The notes: generated from the sequence alone by a model not told the origin. Counted from the stretch's first letter, positions 1-10,684 are shown. The stretch is 64,000 nucleotides of DNA from Gemmatimonadaceae bacterium (GCA_040901985.1 JBBDYC010000017.1:64001-128000), one strand, 5' to 3'. Program-made: numbers and translations.

Positions 1-1721
1 GCTTCGTCTCCGCCGAGACGTACAACCAGCTCTTCACGATGCACGGCACGACGATGGTGTTCCTCGCCATCATGCCGCTCTCGGCCGCCTTCTTCAATTA
101 CCTGATTCCGCTCCAGATCGGCGCCCGCGACGTCGCGTTCCCGCGGCTCAATGCCTTCTCCTACTGGGTCTTCCTCTTCGGCGGCATCTTCATCACGCTG
201 CCGATCCTCTTCAAGGTCGCTCCCAACGCCGGCTGGTTCGGCTACGCGCCGCTGACCAGCAACCAGTTCTCGGCCGGCCCGAACATCGACTTCTGGGTGC
301 TCGGCCTGCAGATCCTCGGCATCTCGTCACTCGCCGCCGCGTTCAACTTCATCACCACGATCATCAACATGCGCGCCCCGGGCATGTCCCTGATGCGCAT
401 GCCGATGTTCACCTGGATGTCGTTCGTCGTCCAGTTCCTCGTCATCCTCGCCTTCCCGCCGATCACGATTGCGCTCTTCTTCCTGCTGATGGATCGCTTC
501 TTCGGCACGACGTTCTACGCGATCGCCGCCGGCGCCGACCCGCTCCTCTGGCAGCACCTCTTCTGGGTCTTCGGGCACCCCGAGGTCTACATCCTGATCC
601 TCCCCGCCTTCGGCCTCGTGTCGGAGGTGCTGCCGACCTTCTCCAAGAAGCCGCTCTTCGGCTACAACGTGATGGTCTATTCGGGGATCATGATCGGCTT
701 CCTCGGCTTCGGCGTCTGGGCCCACCATATGTTCGCGGTCGGGATGGGGGCCGTCGCCGACTCGATCTTCTCGATGATGACGATGCTCATCGCGATCCCG
801 ACCGGCGTGAAGATCTTCAACTGGATCGCCACGATGTGGAGCGGCGAGATCCGCTTCACCGTCCCGATGAAGTTCGCGATCGCGCTGATCGCGATGTTCA
901 CCATCGGCGGCATCTCCGGCGTGATGCACTCGTCGCCGCCGGCCGACCTCCAGCAGACCGACACCTATTTCGTCGTCGCGCACTTCCACTACGTGCTCTT
1001 CGGCGGCTCGATCATGGGCATCTTCGCCGGCATCTATCACTACTTCCCGAAGATGACCGGGCGGATGATGAGCGAGCGGATCGGCAACTGGCACTTCTGG
1101 CTCAACTTCATCGGCTTCAACCTGACCTTCTTCCCGATGCACTTGAGCGGGCTGCTCGGGATGCCGCGCCGCATCTACACGTACGACGCCGGTCAGGGGT
1201 GGGAGCTCTTCAACCTCCTCGCCACGCTCGGCACCTACCTGCTCGTGATCTCCACCGCGATCTTTGTCTGGAACTTCCTCCGCAGCCGGAAGCACGGCGC
1301 AGTCGCGGGCAACGATCCGTGGGGCGGAGCGACGCTCGAGTGGTCCATCCCCTCGCCGCCACCCGACTACAACTTCGCGCAGATCCCCGAGGTCGCGTCG
1401 CGCTACCCGCTCTGGGACCTCAAGGACCCACAGAAGACGGCAGGGATTGAGCACTCGCACGCCGACGCGATGACAATCACCGACGCGCACGCGGTGCCGG
1501 TGCACGAGGAGACCGTGCGCCACACGGCGAAGTCGCTCGGCATCCCAATGCCCTTCCCGACCGCCAAGCCGGCCGTTGCCGCCTTCGCGCTGATCATGAT
1601 GTTCAGCGGGCTGCTCTTCCTGCGCAACGACCTGTTCGCCGTCTTCCTGACCGTCACGCTCACCGGGGCGGCCCTGTTCGTCGGCGGGCTCTATAGCTGG
1701 CTCACCAGCCCGCTCGAGTAA
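1..1721 (+). CDS. ctaD: Cytochrome c oxidase subunit I (5' end outside window)
   Basis: GHPEVY, WAHHMF, VAHFHYV and GMPRR motifs; frame open from the window start (FVSAETYNQLFTMHG). Confidence 0.97.
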   Translation, partial: FVSAETYNQLFTMHGTTMVFLAIMPLSAAFFNYLIPLQIGARDVAFPRLNAFSYWVFLFGGIFITLPILFKVAPNAGWFGYAPLTSNQFSAGPNIDFWVLGLQILGISSLAAAFNFITTIINMRAPGMSLMRMPMFTWMSFVVQFLVILAFPPITIALFFLLMDRFFGTTFYAIAAGADPLLWQHLFWVFGHPEVYILILPAFGLVSEVLPTFSKKPLFGYNVMVYSGIMIGFLGFGVWAHHMFAVGMGAVADSIFSMMTMLIAIPTGVKIFNWIATMWSGEIRFTVPMKFAIALIAMFTIGGISGVMHSSPPADLQQTDTYFVVAHFHYVLFGGSIMGIFAGIYHYFPKMTGRMMSERIGNWHFWLNFIGFNLTFFPMHLSGLLGMPRRIYTYDAGQGWELFNLLATLGTYLLVISTAIFVWNFLRSRKHGAVAGNDPWGGATLEWSIPSPPPDYNFAQIPEVASRYPLWDLKDPQKTAGIEHSHADAMTITDAHAVPVHEETVRHTAKSLGIPMPFPTAKPAVAAFALIMMFSGLLFLRNDLFAVFLTVTLTGAALFVGGLYSWLTSPLE

Positions 1722-1737
1722 CCGGAGACCATCGCAC

Positions 1738-2406
1738 GTGTCCACCCACGCCGCCGCGCACCACCACTACACGACGACCGGACTCGACCACCGGAAGATC
1801 GCCATCTGGGCGTTCATCGGGTCCGAGTGCATGCTCTTCGCGTCGCTCATCTCGACCTACCTGATCTACAAGGGGCGGTCCATCACCGGCCCCTTCCCGC
1901 ACACCGAATGGGTCAACGAGGCAGGCCAGGTCTTCAAGCCGATCCTCGACATCCCGGTGACCTCGGCGTCCACCTTCGTGCTGCTGATGTCGTCGCTGGC
2001 GATGGTGCTCGCGCTGCAGGCGGTCCAGCTCAAGGGCGTGCCGCTTCCCGACGGCGCCGGATGGTGGACACGCGCCCAGCGCTCGTCGCAGCTCTGGCTC
2101 TTCATGACGGCGCTCCTCGGCGCCACCTTCCTCGGCTTCCAGGCGTACGAGTTCACCTCGTTCGTCCACGAGGGGCTGACCGTCAGGACGAACCTCTTCG
2201 GCTCGAGCTTCTTCACGCTCACCGGATTCCACGGCGCGCACGTGACCGCCGGCGTGCTCTGGCTCCTGACGCTCCTTTTCATTGATCGCAAGCGCGGGCT
2301 CGCCGGTCCGGCCGACGTGCTCAACGTGGACATCGCCGCGCTCTACTGGCACTTCGTTGACGTGGTCTGGATCGCGATCTTCACGCTTGTCTACCTCATC
2401 CAGTAG
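1738..2406 (+). CDS. ctaE: Cytochrome c oxidase subunit III
   Basis: FIGSECMLF, TGFHGAHV and YWHFVDVVW motifs; directly follows subunit I. Confidence 0.95.
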   Translation: MSTHAAAHHHYTTTGLDHRKIAIWAFIGSECMLFASLISTYLIYKGRSITGPFPHTEWVNEAGQVFKPILDIPVTSASTFVLLMSSLAMVLALQAVQLKGVPLPDGAGWWTRAQRSSQLWLFMTALLGATFLGFQAYEFTSFVHEGLTVRTNLFGSSFFTLTGFHGAHVTAGVLWLLTLLFIDRKRGLAGPADVLNVDIAALYWHFVDVVWIAIFTLVYLIQ

Positions 2407-2412
2407 GCCGCG

Positions 2413-2739
2413 ATGTCACACGACTCCCATTCCGTCAAGCCGGGCGAGCACGCGCACCCGGGCGGGTGGACCTACCTCAAGGTCGCCGCGATCCTCGCAA
2501 TCATCACCGTCGTCGAGGTCTGGGCCTACTACGTGCCAACGCTCGTCGCGTCACCGCTCTTCAATCCGGCGCTGATCGTCCTCTCGGCGGCGAAGTTCGC
2601 GATCGTGGTGCTGTTCTATATGCACCTCAAGTACGACCACCGCCTCTTCCGGGCGCTCTTCACCGGCCCGCTCATCATCGCGATGGCCACGATCGTCGCA
2701 CTGCTCTTCCTCTTTCATCAGTTGAGCATCAGGTTCTAG
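2413..2739 (+). CDS. ctaF: Cytochrome c oxidase subunit IV (caa3 type)
   Basis: Three TM helices, KFAIVVLFYMHLKYD motif, operon position. Confidence 0.9.
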   Translation: MSHDSHSVKPGEHAHPGGWTYLKVAAILAIITVVEVWAYYVPTLVASPLFNPALIVLSAAKFAIVVLFYMHLKYDHRLFRALFTGPLIIAMATIVALLFLFHQLSIRF

Positions 2740-2761
2740 TGCGGCGGATGGCGGAGGCGAG

Positions 2762-3256
2762 TCAGACCTGTCCCCCCAGGACCCGCGTCATCCGCTCCGC
2801 CAGCTCCGGATGCCGCTTCCACAGGTACCATCCCATCAGCCCGGCCGCGACGAGGTTCGCGGCGCCGACCTGGTACCACGCCAGCTCGCCGAGAAGTGCG
2901 CGCGCCGAGAGCAGCGCGGTGAGGCCGTAGAAGCCCGCCTCGAAAATCACGAAGAAGAGCAGCAGGCCGACCAACACCGGCGGCGTCCGCTGCGAGACCT
3001 CGACGATCCAGGCGACGATCGTGCCGATTACGACAAACGCCGCGACGTGGACGACGGTGTAGGCGAGGACGTAGCGCAGCGGCGACCAGTCAATCCCCTT
3101 GCCGAGCACGCTGAAGAGCGTGCGGCCGAGCAGTTCCGGAGTCGCGAACGCGCCGCCGCCGACCAGGTCCACGAGCAGGAACCAGAAGGCGACGCCGCCC
3201 GCGCCGAGCAACCCGGCCACCATCCCCTCCTTCCAGACCCGAGCATCCCGTGGCAT
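2762..3256 (-). CDS. Hypothetical integral membrane protein
   Basis: About 4 hydrophobic segments; probable ATG at 3256 (MPRDARVWKEG). Confidence 0.7.
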   Translation of the reverse strand: MPRDARVWKEGMVAGLLGAGGVAFWFLLVDLVGGGAFATPELLGRTLFSVLGKGIDWSPLRYVLAYTVVHVAAFVVIGTIVAWIVEVSQRTPPVLVGLLLFFVIFEAGFYGLTALLSARALLGELAWYQVGAANLVAAGLMGWYLWKRHPELAERMTRVLGGQV

Positions 3257-3344
3257 CGGCCCCTCCGAGGTTCGGCGTTCCGGCGGACTGCGTCCGTCGG
3301 GCACAGCCACTAACTTGGGCCGATATGTCAACGCTCGCCAGCGA

Positions 3345-4175
3345 ATGACCCCGGTCCTCTTCCTCCATCCAAACGTTGACCTCTCGCAGGGCGGCTTCAC
3401 CGTGCACTGGAGCACGGTGGCCGGCCTCGCCGCGCTCTGGGCCCTCTGGCTCGCCCGCGCCTGGACGCACGCGCGCCTCGCCGAGCGGCGGCCGACGACG
3501 CGTCAGGCGGCCGCGTTCGCCGGCGGCCTCCTCGTGATGTTCCTCGCGCTCAACGGCCCGCTCCACGACATCAGCGACTACTATCTCTTCTCCGGCCATA
3601 TGGTGCAGCACCTCGTGCTCACCATCGCCGTGCCGCCGCTGCTCCTGATCGGTACGCCCGGATGGATGCTCCGCCCCGCACTCGGCATCCCGGCGGTTGC
3701 CGCCGTTGCGCGCTTCGTCACCGCTCCCGCGGTGGCGTTCACGATCTTCAACCTCGTGCTCGCCGCCTGGCACCTGCCGCCGCTCTACAATTCGGCGATG
3801 TACTACCACAGCGTGCACATCGTGCAGCACCTGATGTTCCTCGTCGCCGCGGTGATCATGTGGTGGCCGTTGCTCAGCCCGCTTCCCGAGCTTCCGCGGC
3901 TCAGCTATCCCGGCCAGATGCTGTACAGCTTCCTGATGACGCTGCCGATGACCGTCATCTCGATCTACATCGTCTACGCCGACCACGTGCTGTTTCCGGC
4001 CTATGCGAGCGCGCCGCGGCTCTGGGGGCTTTCGCCACTCGAGGATCAGCGGCTCGGCGGGCTGATCATGTGGATCCCCGGCGGGCTTTTCTTCTACCTC
4101 CTGACCTCGGTCATCTTCTTCAAATGGTCCGCCTCCCAGCGCGACGACCGGGCCGGAGCGCAGGTCGGTGCTTGA
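3345..4175 (+). CDS. ctaG: Cytochrome c oxidase assembly factor, caa3 CtaG type
   Basis: FSGHMVQHL, WHLP, HIVQHL and DQRLGGLIMWIPG motifs. Confidence 0.9.
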   Translation: MTPVLFLHPNVDLSQGGFTVHWSTVAGLAALWALWLARAWTHARLAERRPTTRQAAAFAGGLLVMFLALNGPLHDISDYYLFSGHMVQHLVLTIAVPPLLLIGTPGWMLRPALGIPAVAAVARFVTAPAVAFTIFNLVLAAWHLPPLYNSAMYYHSVHIVQHLMFLVAAVIMWWPLLSPLPELPRLSYPGQMLYSFLMTLPMTVISIYIVYADHVLFPAYASAPRLWGLSPLEDQRLGGLIMWIPGGLFFYLLTSVIFFKWSASQRDDRAGAQVGA

Positions 4176-4205
4176 ACCCCCGTGCGCAGAGGCTAACATC
4201 CGAGG

Positions 4206-5752
4206 ATGGTGAGACCCCTGCTCCTGATCACGCTCGCGGCCTGCTGGGCCGCTGAGGGCGCTGGACAGGGCACCGGCTCCCCGACGCCGCCGACGGCGCG
4301 TCCGCCCACCGCCGCCGCCGCGGGGGGGGGGGCGCCCCCCCGGCGCCCCGCCGCCCACCGCTCGTGGCCACGCTGCCACAGGGACGCGCGGCGCTGGAAC
4401 ACGACCTCGAGACGCTCCTCGGCCGCTCCACGCGCAGCGGCCGCTGGGGCGTTATGGTCCTCTCGCTCGCCAGGGGCGACACCCTCTTCTCGCGCGACGC
4501 CGATGCGCAACTCCTCCCGGCGTCCACGATGAAGCTCTACACGGCGGCAATCGCCTTCGAGCGCTTCGGACCAGCGCACCAGTTCCGCACCGAGGTCCTC
4601 CGCAACGGCGAGCTGCTCGGCGACGGCACCGTGGACGGCGACCTCATCCTGCGAGGCGCCGGCGACCCGTCGCTGGCCCCGAAGTACGCCATCTGGAACG
4701 ACGGGCTGCGACCGATGGACGCGATCGCCGACCTCGTGGTGGCCGCCGGCGTCCGCCGCGTGCGGGGCGACATCGTCGGCGACGCCAGCGCGTTCGACGA
4801 CCGACGCGTCCCCGATGGCTGGCGCCGGCGCTACCTGCAGGCGGGGTATGCGGCGCGCGTCTCGGCGCTCTCGGTGAACGAGAACATCGCGCACGTCAGC
4901 GTGCGCGCCACTCCCCGCGGTGCCGCGGTGCAGTTCTCCGAGCCGCTGATGGGTATGCCTATCAGTTCCACGGTGACGGTGCGTCAGGGGAGCCGGAGCG
5001 CCTTCATCCGCGTCTGGCAGGACACGACGCGCGGCTACTTCCGTGTCCACGGCTGGATCGGCGCGCTCAGTCCCACGCGCACCTATCAGGTCGTGGTCGA
5101 GCAGCCGGAGCACTTTGCGGCGGCGGCGTTCCGGGGCGCGCTCGAACGGCGCGGCATCGTGGTGGACGGCGTCGTTCGCGCCGACCACGCCCCGCCGACC
5201 GCCCAGCGCGTCACGGCGTGGGGTTCGCCGCCGCTCGCCCAGCTCGTCGCGACGATGAACGGCGAGAGCAACAACCACTTTGCCGAACTGCTCTTCCGGA
5301 ACACCGCGCGCAGCACCGGGGGCGTGGGCTCGGCGGACGTCGCCAACGAGTCGCTGCAGGCGTTCATGGCTGACCGCGTCGGCGTCGAGCGCAACGCGGT
5401 CTTCGCCGCCGACGGCAGCGGGCTCTCCACGCTCGATCGCGTGACGCCCCGCTCGATGGTGATGCTGCTCGCCTACGCGGCAGCGGCGCCCTGGGGGCTC
5501 GTCTATCAGTCCACGCTCCCCGTCGCCGGGCGCTCCGAGACGCTGAAAGCCCGGATGCGCCACACGGCGGCGGCGGACAATCTGCGCGGAAAGACCGGCA
5601 CGACAAACGACGTCACCTCGTTGGGCGGCTACGTCACCGCGCGCAACGGGGAACTGCTCGCCTTCGCATTCATCTACAACGGACGTGAGCTTTCGCGGGC
5701 CCGGGCAACGATTGACGCGATGGGCGTGACGCTCGCCGGGTGGGCGCGCTGA
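4206..5752 (+). CDS. dacB: D-Ala-D-Ala carboxypeptidase/endopeptidase (PBP4, peptidase S13), apparently frameshifted near G11 at 4322-4332
   Basis: PASTMK, SNN and KTG motifs plus DGSGLS in ORF 4364-5752; the signal-peptide-like start at 4206 is in another frame. Confidence 0.88.
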
Positions 5753-5761
5753 CCCGCCGCC

Positions 5762-6016
5762 TCAGCTGACCAGCGGAGGCGGCGGCGCTTCGGGGTCGGT
5801 CGCGGCCGTCGCATCGAGCAGCCGCACGGCAGTATCCACATCACCTTGTCGCACCACGAGCCGTACCGGGTGCATCACGTCGAGAAACGGCAGCATGCCG
5901 CTGGCGTTGTCCTTGAGCAGCATGCTCGCGATGCCATTGGCATCGAGCACCGCCCGCGCGAACTCCGCTTCGACGCTGTTCGGGAAGGTACGGACGACGA
6001 ACGCATTCTCTGGCAT
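5762..6016 (-). CDS. Small DUF2007-like putative signal-transducing protein
   Basis: VRTFPNSVEAEFARAVLDANGI pattern; GGAGG upstream of the ATG at 6016. Confidence 0.7.
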   Translation of the reverse strand: MPENAFVVRTFPNSVEAEFARAVLDANGIASMLLKDNASGMLPFLDVMHPVRLVVRQGDVDTAVRLLDATAATDPEAPPPPLVS

Positions 6017-6072
6017 CGCTTCCTCCTTCCGTTGAGGTGTGTCGGGATGGTAGCGCAGCGTCCGGCGGTTGG

Positions 6073-7224
6073 CTACCCCGCCGACGTCTGCCTGATGAGT
6101 ACCCCGCGCCTGCCAAGCTCGGTCACATAGCGGTCGCCCGGCACGCACTCGTCCGGCGTGTGCACGCCGGCCGGCTTCACCACGCCCGCCGCCTGCAGCA
6201 GTCCGGTGATCGAGAGGGAATACCCCGTGCAACGCATCATGGCGCTGACGTCGTGCGCCGCATCGTGGCGGTCCACCAGCTCGAACCCGTGCGTCACCGT
6301 CTTGCCGCCCTTCCGTCCCTCGACCACCACGCGCAACGCGACGAGGTCCGGCGCGTTCCGGCGCGTGAGCCGCGGCTCCATCTGGGCGATCGCCACGTCG
6401 CGCGGCACCACCGTCGTGCCCTTCACCTCCACCGGCTCCAGGTCGAGCAGGCCGAGGTCGCGGATCGCCTCCATGATCCGTGCGTGCCCCGGGTATCGCA
6501 GCGTCTTGTACTCCATCGTCGGGATCTTGCCTTCGTAGCGGTGCGCCATCGTCGAGAGCCCGCCGGCCGTGTGAAACGCCTCGAGCTCGCCGAGCGCGTC
6601 GAAATGCACCGGCACGACCTCCGAGAGCGCCGCCATCTGCGCTCGCTTCCCGTCGCGCAACACCCACGACTCCGTCGTGTAGTAGTCGAGCACCCCCTCG
6701 ATCGAATAGACGATCTGATACTGCAGGGGTCCCTCGGGATGCTGCGGCAGCCCGCCGACGTAGATCCGCACGGCATCAACGCTGTCGCAGCGGTCAATCC
6801 CCATCTGGGCAAGGATGTTCACCATCCCCGGAGCGACGCCGCAGTCGGGAACGACAGTGACGCCGGCCTTCGCCGCCTTGGCATCCAGCGCCTTCTGTCG
6901 CTCGACGATCTCGGTGTTCCCTCCGAGGTCCGCGAAATGCGCACCGGCGGCGATTGCCGCCTCGGTCATCCCAAGATTGAGGTAGTACGGCAGCGCGCAC
7001 ATAACCGCCTTGACGCCCGACATCGCCTCCGTCACCGCCGCCGCATCACCGGCGTCCAGCGCAATCACCTTGAGCCGCTCGCCGCCGACATAGGGCTGGA
7101 GGAACGACGGCAGGTGGTCCACCGCGCGATCCGCCAACCGGACCTCGGTGACATTCATATCCTGCAGGAGGTCGTAGGCGCAGGCCGAACCCTGCAGCCC
7201 CGCACCGAGGACGAGCATCCGCAT
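6073..7224 (-). CDS. Saccharopine dehydrogenase / lysine 6-dehydrogenase family
   Basis: VLGAGLQG Rossmann start; DLGG, CGVAPG and EYKTLRYPGH motifs. Confidence 0.9.
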   Translation of the reverse strand: MRMLVLGAGLQGSACAYDLLQDMNVTEVRLADRAVDHLPSFLQPYVGGERLKVIALDAGDAAAVTEAMSGVKAVMCALPYYLNLGMTEAAIAAGAHFADLGGNTEIVERQKALDAKAAKAGVTVVPDCGVAPGMVNILAQMGIDRCDSVDAVRIYVGGLPQHPEGPLQYQIVYSIEGVLDYYTTESWVLRDGKRAQMAALSEVVPVHFDALGELEAFHTAGGLSTMAHRYEGKIPTMEYKTLRYPGHARIMEAIRDLGLLDLEPVEVKGTTVVPRDVAIAQMEPRLTRRNAPDLVALRVVVEGRKGGKTVTHGFELVDRHDAAHDVSAMMRCTGYSLSITGLLQAAGVVKPAGVHTPDECVPGDRYVTELGRRGVLIRQTSAG

Positions 7225-7305
7225 GAGCACTTCTCCGCACGTGGGGTAGATTTGCCGATAGCCCTGCAATTTAGCCCATTTCGGCCCCCTTTTCACCCCT
7301 CGGAC

Positions 7306-7746
7306 GTGTCAACTCGGCGCGGACACCTCCTCGAGACGGACGAAGAGATCGCGGCGCTCCTCGACCGGGTTGCCACGGTCGCCGTGCTCGGAATCAAGCC
7401 GGCCGAGACGGGCGCGCCCGCCTATTACGTGCCTGAGTATGCCCAGCGCGCCGGGCTCCGGATCATCCCCGTGCCCGTCTACTATCCCGAACTGCGCGAA
7501 CTGCTTGGCGAGCACGTGGTGCGCACCGTGAGCGAGATCGGCGAGCGGGTGGACCTCGTGAACGTGTTCCGGCGCCCGCAGGACATCCCCGCGCACGTCA
7601 ACGACCTACTGACGGCGCGCCCGCGGGCCATCTGGTTTCAGTCGGGGATCCGACACGACGCGGCCGCGGAGACGTTGGTCGCCGCGGGGATTGACGTGGT
7701 CCAGGACCGCTGCCTGCTCGTCGAGCTGCAACAGCGGGGGCGCTAG
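7306..7746 (+). CDS. CoA-binding protein (YccU-like)
   Basis: VDLVNVFRR, WFQSGI and VVQDRC motifs; GTG start inferred. Confidence 0.88.
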   Translation: MSTRRGHLLETDEEIAALLDRVATVAVLGIKPAETGAPAYYVPEYAQRAGLRIIPVPVYYPELRELLGEHVVRTVSEIGERVDLVNVFRRPQDIPAHVNDLLTARPRAIWFQSGIRHDAAAETLVAAGIDVVQDRCLLVELQQRGR

Positions 7747-7772
7747 CTGGCGGTTCCAACCCGTTTCCGGCG

Positions 7773-8561
7773 CTAGCGCAGGATGACCACCGTCGCGTTG
7801 GCGGCGTGCAACTGCCAGCGCGTGCCGCGCAGGAACTCGCGCGCCTCGCTTCCCTGCAATTGAAGGGGTGGCCGCCCCGGGAGCACCACCAACGAGAGCC
7901 CGGGGAATGTCAGCACGAACGGCAGTTGCTGCAGCGACCGCAACTCCGACGCCGAGCCCGGCGGTCGCCCGAGTGTCAGCGTCCCCGCGCGCTCGTCAAA
8001 GATCGGGTCCGACGTCCAGAGCACGTCGAGTCCGATGCGGATCTCCGTGTCCCGAAGCGCGCGATCAACGGTCGACCGGCCCACGGCCAGCCGGCGCGCG
8101 CCGACCCAGACCTCAGACACCCAGCCGCTCGCGACGATTCCCGTGACCTGCGGGTCGAGGACCGCCATCCGCTCGACATTTCCCGTCCGCACGGAAAAAG
8201 TCCCCAGGGTCTGGCCGTCCACGCTCGGCTCGAAGGGTACCTCGACCGCCGGGCCGCTCGCGCGGGTACGGTAGGGCGCCATCGCCGCAATGGCCCGCAG
8301 CACCGAACCGCTGTCGGCGCCGAACCGTCGCGCCTCCTCGAGGAGGACCTCGGCGATCCGGAAGCGTCCACGCGAGGCGAGATACAGGCCGAGCTCGCCG
8401 CGCGACTCCGGCGCGCGCGGGCGCGCGCGCACCGCTCCGTAGAGCGCATCCTCGGCGGCGGCAAGGCGCCCTGCCGCAAGCATCGAGTCGGCTCGCGAGG
8501 GCACCGCGGGCGGCGCCTGTGCGGCGAGCGGGGGTAGTGGGCAGAACGGGGAGAACACCAC
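7773..8561 (-). CDS. Hypothetical secreted protein with TPR-like N-terminus
   Basis: Signal-like end (LAAQ), helical TPR-like segment, beta-rich C-terminus; start uncertain. Confidence 0.55.
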   Translation of the reverse strand: MVFSPFCPLPPLAAQAPPAVPSRADSMLAAGRLAAAEDALYGAVRARPRAPESRGELGLYLASRGRFRIAEVLLEEARRFGADSGSVLRAIAAMAPYRTRASGPAVEVPFEPSVDGQTLGTFSVRTGNVERMAVLDPQVTGIVASGWVSEVWVGARRLAVGRSTVDRALRDTEIRIGLDVLWTSDPIFDERAGTLTLGRPPGSASELRSLQQLPFVLTFPGLSLVVLPGRPPLQLQGSEAREFLRGTRWQLHAANATVVILR

Positions 8562-8626
8562 CGCCGCCGCGACGAGCCGGCTCCACGCGAGCGCGCCGCG
8601 CGCCCGACACCCACGCGGCCGGTCGA

Positions 8627-9649
8627 TCAGCCCGCTGCCTCGCGCAGCGCCGCCGCGAACTCCGGCGCCGTTGCGTGGCGGTCGGCCGCGTCGCGCGCCA
8701 TTCCCTTCAGCAACACGGCGTCCACACCCTCGGGGATGTCGGCGCGACGCGTACGCGCCGGGATCGGATCGTTCCGCAACCGCGCGATCATCAGCTCCTG
8801 CTGGTTCCGGCCCTCGAACGGGAGCTTCGACGTGAGCATCTCGTACGTCATCAGCGACAGGGAATAGATGTCGGTCCGCGGGTCGAGCGGCTTGCCACGC
8901 AGCTGCTCCGGGCTCATGAACTCCGGCGTGCCGAGGATGATCCCGGTCGCGGTCAGCTTCTGCAGCTCGCCGCCCGCCTTGCGTTCCTTGGCAAGCCCGA
9001 AGTCCATCACCACTGCGTACTCGGTGCCGTCGGGCTTCTTGCAGATCATGATGTTCTCGGGCTTCAGGTCCCGGTGGATGATCTTGAGCCTGTGCGCGAC
9101 GTGCAGCCCGTCGGCGATCTCACCGACGAAACGCACCGCGTCGGCGAGCGTCGTCTGCCCCACCCGGTAGTTGCGGTCGCTGAGGATCTCGCCCTCGACG
9201 TACGGCATCACGACGTAGGCGAGCCCGTCCTCGGTCTCCCCCATCCGCACGATGTGGCAGACATTCGGATGCGCGAGGCGGATGCCAAGCGCCGCCTCGC
9301 GGCGCAGGCGCGCCATCGCATTCTCGTCCTTGGCCAGCGCCGGCGAGAGGATCTTGATTGCGTAGCGCTCCTGCGAGGCGACGTCGTGGGCGAGATAGAC
9401 ATACGACATCCCGCCTTCGCCAACCTTCTTCACGATGGCGTACCGACGGTCGAGGACCTGGCCGGCCATGTTCGCGTGGCTCGTCGCGCCCCTCTTGGCC
9501 GGCGCGGGCGACGTCGGATCGGGCGTCCGCGCCGACGTGGGGCGCGGCGCCGACGGCCCTTCCGACGCGACCAGCCGGCCGCCGTCCTTGGGGCAAAAGC
9601 GCGAATCGTCGCCGTATGTCGCCCCGCAGGTGGGGCAGCGCATCGCCAT
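8627..9649 (-). CDS. Hanks-type Ser/Thr protein kinase with N-terminal zinc ribbon
   Basis: GEGGMSYVY, AIK, HRDLKPEN, DFG and GTPEFMSPE motifs; CPTC...CPKDG. Confidence 0.95.
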   Translation of the reverse strand: MAMRCPTCGATYGDDSRFCPKDGGRLVASEGPSAPRPTSARTPDPTSPAPAKRGATSHANMAGQVLDRRYAIVKKVGEGGMSYVYLAHDVASQERYAIKILSPALAKDENAMARLRREAALGIRLAHPNVCHIVRMGETEDGLAYVVMPYVEGEILSDRNYRVGQTTLADAVRFVGEIADGLHVAHRLKIIHRDLKPENIMICKKPDGTEYAVVMDFGLAKERKAGGELQKLTATGIILGTPEFMSPEQLRGKPLDPRTDIYSLSLMTYEMLTSKLPFEGRNQQELMIARLRNDPIPARTRRADIPEGVDAVLLKGMARDAADRHATAPEFAAALREAAG

Positions 9650-9651
9650 CG

Positions 9652-10653
9652 TCAGGGCGCTCCCGTCGCGGCGTCGCCGAGCAGCGCGCGTACACCGTCA
9701 TACTCGATGTTGCCGCCGCTCAACACGGCAACCGTCGGGCCGACCGGCTTCACGATCCCCTCGAGCAGCGCGGCGAGGGTGATCGCCCCGCTCGGCTCGC
9801 AGACAAGCTTCAGCCGGTCGAGCGCAAACCGCATGGCCGACGGGAGCAGCCCGTCCGGCACCTGGACGACCGCATCGAGGTGCGCCGTAAGATGCGCGTA
9901 GTTGCGAGTCCCGATGCGCACCGCGAGGAGTCCGTCGGCGAGGCCATCCGGCTGCGCGGCGACCGTCACCGGCCCGCCGGCGGCGAGCGCGCGCGAGTAC
10001 TTGGGGGAGCCCTCAGGCTCGACCCCGACCATCCGGACACCGGGGACGAGCAGCTTGAGCGCGGTGGAGACGCCGCTGCTGAGACCACCGCCCCCAATCG
10101 GCACCAACACCGTCCCGACGGTCGGCAGGTCCTCGGCGATCTCGAGTCCGCAGGTTCCCTGACCGGCGATGATCGTGTTGTCGTCGAACGGCGGGACCAT
10201 CACCGAGCCCTCGGCGCGCTGGATCTCCTCGGCCTTCTCCATCCGCTCGGCGGTGGTGATGCCGTGATAGACGCAGTTGGCGCCCAATCGCGCCGCGCCG
10301 TCCCGTTTGGCTCGCGGCACGGTGGTTGGCATCACGATCGTCGCCGGGACGCCGAAGAGCTTTGCAGCGAGCGCGACCGCCTGTCCGTGGTTGCCCGAGC
10401 TGGCGGTGATCACGCCGCGCGCGCGCTGCTCCGGCGCCAGCCGCGCGACGAAGTTGTAGGCGCCGCGGAACTTGAACGCCCCGCCGCGCTGCAGCATCTC
10501 CGGCTTCACGAACGCGCGCGCGCCGATTGCCTCGCTCAGCGCGTCGGAGTGAAGGAGCGGCGTGCGCACCGCGACGCCGGCGAGCAGCGCGGCGGCCGAC
10601 CGCAGGTCCTCCAGCGTGACGAGTGCGGCCCCAGCGGCCACGGCAGTGGTCAT
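9652..10653 (-). CDS. Threonine/serine dehydratase (PLP, catabolic type)
   Basis: GAFKFRGA, ASSGNHG, GGGGL and LSGGN motifs; no ACT domain. Confidence 0.92.
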   Translation of the reverse strand: MTTAVAAGAALVTLEDLRSAAALLAGVAVRTPLLHSDALSEAIGARAFVKPEMLQRGGAFKFRGAYNFVARLAPEQRARGVITASSGNHGQAVALAAKLFGVPATIVMPTTVPRAKRDGAARLGANCVYHGITTAERMEKAEEIQRAEGSVMVPPFDDNTIIAGQGTCGLEIAEDLPTVGTVLVPIGGGGLSSGVSTALKLLVPGVRMVGVEPEGSPKYSRALAAGGPVTVAAQPDGLADGLLAVRIGTRNYAHLTAHLDAVVQVPDGLLPSAMRFALDRLKLVCEPSGAITLAALLEGIVKPVGPTVAVLSGGNIEYDGVRALLGDAATGAP

Positions 10654-10684
10654 CGGCGGTGTCCGGCGCGCGACGGCGGGGCCG

